From: Catajapyx aquilonaris
Taxonomy: Eukaryota
Reading direction: 5' to 3'
Assembly (NCBI GenBank): GCA_000934665.2
Contig: KZ538526.1
Span: 1-64,000, forward strand
DNA: 64,000 bases
Below are positions 28,301 to 37,300 of the stretch, piece after piece (the stretch's first letter is position 1; every line of letters starts with the position of its first letter). The notes beneath the pieces are model-generated. The model was given only the letters and a program-made list of their open reading frames with translations, made no database searches and was not told the origin of the DNA. The translations under genes were made by a program, and so were the position numbers.

Positions 28301-31300
28301 ATTTTGATGTAAGCATGAACAAACATACGAGGAAGCTAAAACCTGTGAATTTTATGCAGGTACATACTGGCGAGAAGCCTTACGCATGTGTCTTCTGTGA
28401 AAAGAGATTTGGCAGCAATTACAAGCGGAAGCAACACGAGCAGGTCAGTCTCGTTTCTTCCCCTTATATTATGTCAGCTCCAATGTTTGAAAATTTCTAT
28501 TAAGTTACATTGCACTTCTAAGAGATAACTGATAATTAGCTAAAATATTTTGCAAGTCTGCCATGTTTTTAGGATCGCTGTAGTAACTTTTTAATAACGT
28601 GGCAAATTTCCTAAGCCTTGTGCCTTACAGATATAGAAAATTTTGGAAGTATGATTGGGTAGGGCACAAAGAAGTTCCTGATCATTTGCTAAATAAACCA
28701 ATTATTGGTTATGAATTTACACCTAAATTATTCTATTGAGAAGTCATTTCCAGGCAACTTAAGTCTTCATGAGCTTCATGATATCTGGATTCATGAGTCT
28801 AATAATATTATTTAAAGTATCCAGAGAGCATGTTTTTTTTTTCCAGTTCAGCTTTAGAAATGAGGATTGATGCAGAATTTGAGAGAGTGATCCTGAATAC
28901 ATCTTATTTTTAAAAAAAGATTCTTGTTCCAAAACTCATCATTTTTGTCATTAAAACGGAGGGCTTAGGCAGAATACTTACATATCACATTATTTGTGAC
29001 TATAAACACGTAATGTTGGCCAGGTTTTTTGTATTTTTCTGCGTGTGTCCAAGGCTCATTTCTCTCGAGAGCCTGATATGGAACAATGTAATGTTCCACT
29101 AATGATGGTAGGATTAATGTTCTCAGCAAATTACATTTATCAAACATTTTGATACAAATTTTGACAAAGCCTAGGCATAAAACAAGTGAGGTTGCTGATT
29201 TAATTCAAGTAGTAACAGGTGAAATCATGAGGAACTTGGCAGAGACTGAGTTCCTGGCGACAGGCGTTTGAAGCTAAAGGGCAAGGAATGTCTCCTTCTA
29301 GTTGCCTTCCAGTTTCTAGTGGTCTCAAAATTTTTAGAAGCCTGTCACCAGGAACTTGGTCTCCCACAACTTCCCCCAAGTTCGCTGTGTTAAGGGGGTA
29401 TCCTGTGATGGTGAAGAACATAATGATGACCCTTTCCCCTTTACCTGATATATGCACCATATGATACTTAATATTTCATTGCCACTATTGCCAAGTTTAT
29501 GACAGCAACTGTTGCTAATTAGTAATGAGGTGTAATGTCTTCAAGACTTTTCAGTCTTTACATCTGTGGATATGTCCATACCTGGTGTGGCGTTCACTCT
29601 AAACTCTAAATAATCATGATGAGTTTTTCTGGCGAGCTGGTGCACATTCATTGAATGGATAACTTAGCATTCTTCTGAAAGCATAATATGATTTGACTGC
29701 ATTGAACAACCTCTATAATATTACAACCTGTGCACTCCATGCAGGTTCATACTGGCGAGAAGCCATACGCGTGTGTCTTCTGTGAAAAGAGATTTGGCAG
29801 CAATTACAAGCGGAAGCAACACGAGCAGGTCAGTCTCGTTTGTTCCATCCACAACTGCAGTATTTCGAAATTATTTTGCTGTTCAGGTGACAACAATAAT
29901 ATGAAATTAATTTTAATGTTGTAAAGTATTGATGCTGGAAAATGGCAATTAATTAGTAATAATTGAATTTTGTTTGCTGAGAAGTAGTAGACACATATAG
30001 ACCCCTGGGTTTAAGATATGGCTGCAAATTTTAATCTTTGAAACTCGTAATTTCTAAAAGACCACTCATGAATTTGACAAGGCCATCTGGCATAACGTCA
30101 TTTTAAAATGTGCGCACTCTATTCAGGTGCATACGGGCGAGAAGCCATACGCGTGTGTCTTCTGTGAAAAGAGATTTGGCAGCAATTACAAGCGGAAGCA
30201 ACACGAGCAGGTCAGTCTCGTTTTCTTCCCTATTTCATGTTTAGAGCCATGGAATTCCATTCTCTTTAGTTGTTCCAAATCAGACAACTTTTTTGTGAGT
30301 CCTGCAATCCTAGATCACGTGTGTTCTGCTGCATATTTAATTCATTACATTTGACTGCTACATTTGCTATTCAGGAAGAGTCAGCTGGTCTTAATTATGA
30401 AGTAACCTTGCTGTTTGGGAATTTTATTCATTTAATCTGGCCTTGGATCTAGAAAACGAAATTGATCGTATGGATCTCATGAAGTGTACCAGATATTGCC
30501 TAGGGATTATTGGGTTGAACCAACATAGTGAAGAAAATTATTCCAATCATTGTTGGGGAGGCTCTTCAATATACACCTGAAATCACTAGAATGCTCGAAC
30601 AAGTAAATCTGGGGAATTTTTCATTCAGATGTCAGTTAAGTTAATTGTATGAACAACCAACACGTTTCAAATAGTAGGTATCTTTTGCTGCATTGCCATC
30701 CTATGTCATCGTGAAGTAAAAGTTTTAGTGATGGTCGTTCTACCATCAAAATTAATGTGGATACTGGGTGTACCAAAGGTGGTGGACTCCACAAGTCCAA
30801 AGTCCAAGCAGGGTGTACAGTTGGATGGAGATTAGCTGGATTACATACTCTGTGATGCAGATGTCTTTTAGGCGGTCCCTCATCATCAGTTTAAGCGTTC
30901 AGGTGATTTTAGGATATTCCAATGTGACAGTATACCCAAGTAACAGTTTTAGCAGTTATCAGTTTGGTTGAACCACATCCCTATTTTAAGATGAAAGTTG
31001 AACCTTAATTAACCAGCCATGTATGATAACAGTTGAAGGAGGAATTAAAGGCAATGTTTTGATAGCTAAATCAGACTACCATTATATTATTAATTTTTAT
31101 TAATTGTTTTGTTCTTCATTTAATGATCTTGCAGCACTGCTGCAGTATCAAGCAATAACTTTTTTTCCCCATCTATTGAATCAATTTTCCTCCAGATACA
31201 AGATTTATGCAATAAAATTATCAGTAAGAACTGCTGGTCCTAGGATGCAGGCTCTTGCAAAGAAGTTGAACATATAATTGTTAACGCCTATTTTTTGATG

Positions 31301-34300
31301 TTCGTTATCCTAATATTAATATTGTAATCTGGTTAAATTTCTGACTTCAGTGACATCAAAGTCAATATTAATATCACAAATTTGAAATATTCATTTTCGT
31401 AAATACTGTAGAACTTATAACTTACCAGAAATTTATGGCTTTTTTTCTCAAAATTCGGAAAAGATTCAACATGAAAGCCCCATTTAAAATGCAGTAGTGA
31501 AATGTTTCAAGAGTTAACAGAGACTTAATTTTTAATATGTAAAGTTTTATAATAAATCAGAGGTTCATTCGTTCATCATTTTTGAAGCTGTTGTCAGCCA
31601 TGAAGAAACAGTGGGAGAGTCATCTTATGTTTATGAGAAAGTAGGAAAATATGGAAGTATATTTTGTATGTAGGGGAAGATAACTTCTATGATTTAATTG
31701 AGGAAAAGTTTTGTGGAACTGATACTTTATTTTCTAAATTACCTTTGTTATTAATTAATGTCTGCGTGCTTCAAAATATTCATTAAATATATCAAAGTTT
31801 TTTTGAAATATCATTTTGGGAGGGTTTTTTCCTCACTTTGAAACATATGTACAGTGTGCACTATCATTGAATTGGCAAACTTGTCAGGTGACATTGTGGT
31901 CACAATATGAACAATTTTATGCTCAGGTCTTAATATTAGCCTGCACTGTAATAGTCACTATAAGTCACTTGAATTGTGTTCAATGCCTGTCTTCAATATT
32001 GTTACTTTTTCTGCCATGCCCAATAATATGGTGTACCCACGATATCAACAAAAACTTGTGGGAACAATTATGCTTGAATTTTAAGGGGGCAAACCTACAT
32101 ATCTACAGCCTTGTGGTGAAAATAAAATATCTTGGTATCCAGTGGCAGTGCCAATCGAGATTTGAATATTAAATTTTCATTAGTGACTACATGTTCATCT
32201 TGTAAGTTTGGTCAGTTCAGTTAAGAAACACTCTGAACATACAAACTTTTTTCTGGGACTCTAAATGAACTACACTGAAGTAAGTTTAATGAACTTGAAT
32301 AGAATGGCAAAATGAAAGGGAACAAAATGCTTTATTGCATTTAGAGTTATTTCTTTATGGCATACAAGGCTGAACCAAAAACTGAACCACCTTGTTTTGA
32401 TTAAAGCGTGTGCACTCCCGGCAGGTGCATACAGATGACAAACCCTTCCCATGTATCTTCTGCGAAAAGCGCTTTTCCAACAATTACAAGCGGAAGCGAC
32501 ATGAGCAGGTCAGTCTCTCCTTCCAGTCTCATCCATTCCAATCAGGTCGCCAAATTTTCCTCACTGTAGTCATCTAAACCCAGAGGTCTATATGGCTGTA
32601 TTGTGTTAATAGGTGTTTGTAATGATATTGATCTGAACGCTAGGGGAATTAAGGTAAATGCATTCGATTCAGGTGCACACGGGTGAGAAGCCATATGCGT
32701 GTGTCTTCTGTGATAAGCGATTCCGGAACAATTACAAACGGAAGCAACATGAACAGGTCAGTGTCTTACATTATTTTTACAGTCACTTGTTCACTTCAAA
32801 ATTTACTCTTTCCCAGTCAGTGTTTCATGCGTGGACATTACTGGCAATAAATGTAATTTTAATGGCAGCAATGGGTAGCTGCTACCAGATAAGGGCTATT
32901 TGGTGTCCGAAGTTATTGTTGGACGTATGCTATTATTTAAAAAATACAACCATATTGTGTAGTTTTGTCATGATTAGCAATTTTTCATATTCATATTCAG
33001 TAAATAATAATGCCTAGATTCGTAGGCTGCATTAATTTGTGACATTCCAGAAGTACATTAGTAAGAGCAATAAGATGTAATTTACCAAATGGTTCACAAT
33101 TCCATTGTGAGTGTTATGCCTGTAGTGCATTATTACTTATGAACTGTTTAATATAATGCAAAAGATAACATACAATATTGTTGCTTTTTTCAAGTCATCA
33201 TGCTAATCTTACAATGTATGCTAGTTGACTCCAGAGACATGGAAAACTGTTGCATAGTCATAAAAATGGTAACTTGTAAATGTCTACAGAATGTCACTAG
33301 ATTACTGTGCTAAACTCTGTCATTTGGTTTATGCTTCAAATAGAATTACTGTATGTAGGTAAGCCAAGAACAAATGGCAGTCAAAAGCCATGCATTATGC
33401 TAATCCCTCATCAAACCAAGTGAAATATTGGGAAGATCAGGTCCGGTCAGTCACATGGACTTGCCATGAAGCACATAATTTACGTGAATGAATACTTTAT
33501 AGGCATAACATGGATTTACTGCACTTCATTATCCTGAGAAATCTTGTGGGTGAATTTAGTGAAATCAAAGATTCATCTGATGCAGATGATCATTAGGGAC
33601 TTATGACACTTACATTAGCACCTGGTTAATGTTAGTAGTTACGCTAAGCAACTACTGCACATGGAGGATATCAGTACTTTTTTAAGGCAAATTTAAAATG
33701 TTCAACATGTATGACTTGTGATAAATAAATTTTAAAATGCCACACATGTTTAGACGGATCTGGGTCATTCCATGTCTTTTCAGTCAGGTTTGGACCCTGC
33801 AGCCAATTTGATTGATATTCTTGGTTTATAATGGCATCGTGGTCTAACGCATTGTATCAAAGCATTTTGAAAATGTTTGATTTTTTACCAGATTGGGGGT
33901 GGGGGGGGGGGGGGTTAATTTGGAGCCATTTCATTGCAAGCCCTTCTGCCCTAATCAAGATACTGACGTGCTTTTGGTCTCCATTTACTTGTGGAAGCTT
34001 CATAAATAGCATGTCAGGGTCACATTTGAAATTGTTAAATTGCGTTAAAAATTGGCCACTTGGAATATAATTCAAACTGGTCACATCAGGTCCAAACCTG
34101 GCCTAATTGGCGTGGCATGCTCCATCTGATGATTCTGAGAGTTACGTAGCACTGTAATGTTCACTTAGATGTAAAGATATATGTATTTAGCTGGTAAATC
34201 ATTAATATTAATAAGATGTATGTTATGCAGAGGTTTAGTTATCACATATATGTACCTTTTAATATATGCATAATTGAAATTTACATGGATCATAATTGCA

Positions 34301-37300
34301 TACAAAATAATGACACCAACAACTGACAATGAGTTCATGAAAGTTCAGTTCTGGTGGGATTGAATAATAATAAAGTTACTTTCTTGACATGTCCACTTTT
34401 TGCACATACATGTAGCTCGAACATTAGTTTCGTAATGAATGTTGTTGTGATGACACTGTTTCTTGAGGAAAGTAAATAAGTTATGACAAGTAATTGGCTG
34501 AATGAGAGAATTGAGGAGCCTGGAACAAAGTAATGTTGCGCAAGGAGAGATTAAACTGCAAACGCTTCATGCAGGTGCACACGGGTGAGAAGCCATATGC
34601 GTGTGTCTTCTGTGATAAACGATTTGGCAGCAATTACAAGCGGAAACAACATGAACAGGTCAGTCTGTCCCATTCCCATTTCCTGTGTTTTAATCACGTT
34701 TGAATTTCCTTCATGAACATTGTCAGTATGGTTTCGTGTCAAATGCTAGTTGTCCAGGTCAAAAATAGATAGTGAATAAATTTAATTAGTCCTGGGTTTA
34801 AAGAGAATGCAGATGTGCACAAAATCCTGCTGGATATCCTACAGGTGACGGTGAATTTGGAAAATACTTTTGTAATATATTGCACTCAGCCAGTCACATT
34901 TGTCATCATCTGGAAATTGACCTTTGACACAATGGTAGAGTGACTCTCAAATTGTTTATAACTGGGACACACTTTAATCGTGGCATGCCTCTCCTCCCAC
35001 ATACACATTCATACACACTTTGCATAGCAGTGGGAGCCATGCAGAGGAGTGATGTCCAGAGCCACTGTTACCATAATGAAGTTTTATGGAGTAAACTTCT
35101 GCTAGGCCAATGTGCAGTGTATTCTAAGTACTTGCATCTTTTTAGTTATAACTAAAAAGATCCAAGTACTTAGTAACAACTTTGGGCAAAATGTGCTACT
35201 TATAGCACATTTTGCCCATAGTTGTTACTTTCATGTAGTTTTTTTTGTACCCCAGTTGAGATGCTCAATTCTTCCCAGTTATGCTCAAATATAGCAGCTC
35301 TATTTGGGTGCAGAAAGCTACACAAAAGTAACAACTTCAGACAGACAGTAACTAAAAATTACCAAAATGCTTGGAATACACTCTTTACCAAATTACAGCC
35401 TCCCACACCTAACTTGCCTAAAAGAATGGGGAACTAGCCTTGGTCTGGGATTTGGGATTTTTGTTCATAACTAGCTAGCCCAGGCCTGTAAACATACATT
35501 CCATCACTCTGTTGCATCAAAATGACATTACTGGATAAATTACGACACATTTAAAAGTGCCTTCAAAATTGGCGGGAAAAACGCGGAGGCCAATCGAAAG
35601 GGTACACCGAAATGCCTGGTTGACTGCGAGAGATGAGGAATTTGACTTTGAATTAACCGCGGACGCGACGGAAAGCATTCGCAAGGCGGCTGTAGGCCAT
35701 CGAGGTGGAGAAAAGGGGCCTTCATGTGCCGAATTCGGGTGACAGATAATTCCTACCAGTTGGCACCACTGCCAGCCCCTTAGCTGATTGAGCGGCGTGA
35801 AGTAAAAACGTGCCCCGGCCGCTATCTTGCTCACGGAATGGGACGGTTGCTAACAACAGCGAAGCATTTTACAACAATGACAGGGCGCGTTCTATAACAC
35901 CATTTTTGCGTTCATTTCACTTCGCGTGACGTCAACATTTTCTAGGGAAACAGTGACGTCACCATTTCCCTACATAAAAACCCCAATTACTCCGGAACGG
36001 GAACTGATATCTTAAAACGGAATATGCCAAAAAAATCTAAAAAATATGGGCGAATTTATTATGTAGTTTCCAAAATGAAGGCTAGTTCCCCATTGTGAAA
36101 AGTTCATGTTTGTAAATGTCCGTTTTTTGCATGTTTAGATTAATTTCTGGAATGTGATGCTTATGCAGTTCTAATGCATATTGAGACTTGGTTTATACCA
36201 GACCTGAAAAAGTGAAGGGCAAGACACCTGTTGGTTTGTCTACCATCATTCCAATACATTCATTCCGTACCTGCAACAATCACATATACCAGTTATAAAT
36301 GCAGCAGTAGTGGAACTCAGGCACATATTAGCACTAAAGTTTGAGTATAGTAGTATTTATTTTTTCACCCATAAGTGGTGCTTTAGGGAGAAAGTATGGC
36401 AGTACCAGTGTACACTATGTATATTTATTTTAGTGATTATTATATTGTCTAATAATTATACTTCATTATTACTGTATTATAAGAGCTTACATGCAGTTAG
36501 GGAAAGTCACCAGGTTTTTTTTTTAAATGGTTATTGTGTTTCTTGCCAAATTTTACAAAGCCCTCACAAGACATTTAAGCTGTCAACATAGATGCTACAG
36601 TCAATATATTTGGATAGCGTTATGTAATAATGTGTCAACCCACAATAATGCCAAAATTGAGTTAAGCCCAGGAGCATATAGCCTACCCAAAGCTTGTGCT
36701 TCATTCAGTTAAAATCAAGCTGGCGAAATCTGCATACTTCTGACATAAATGGCCCAAAAGGACACTGAATTAATTTCACAGGTGTGACATTCAAACCCAT
36801 TTCTTTTCAAAACGGTTTTTGTGTGGGTTGACTCATTATTGCATAATACAATTCATTTAACTCCCAAGTTTACATCTTGAAATAATTAGATAGTGTGCGA
36901 AACTAAATGTAGTGCATACAGTGAACTAGTAAATGCTCATTGCTCTCTAGACTCTAGAGAAAGGTAACAATTTAGTGACTGAATGTATGGTAGATATTAA
37001 TATATCAGTAGTGATGCAATCATAGTTCTCACTGCCAGTAGCTGGTGAAAAGAGGATGAAAGGTCATGCCGGGCCTTCCTCGTTAAATATTTTAATTTAA
37101 TCAAGTAGCTGGTGAAAGGAACTTGACCTTACCACAGGAAAAAATTAATTCCACTTTGTCTGATTAGTGTTCTGGACTACAATGCCAGTTTGGCACAGGC
37201 TTTGTAGCCATGTAACATAAAATAAAAATCATTTGAATCTCTATTAATTTGTCACTTCAGATATGCGTTACGTTTGGAGTGATATTATAAGGGGAGTTTG

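Noticed and set aside
35500..36100. GC/CpG-richer island in the E8-E9 intron as an internal promoter
   Set aside because: More likely a DNA-transposon remnant; I could not define termini or a TSS.
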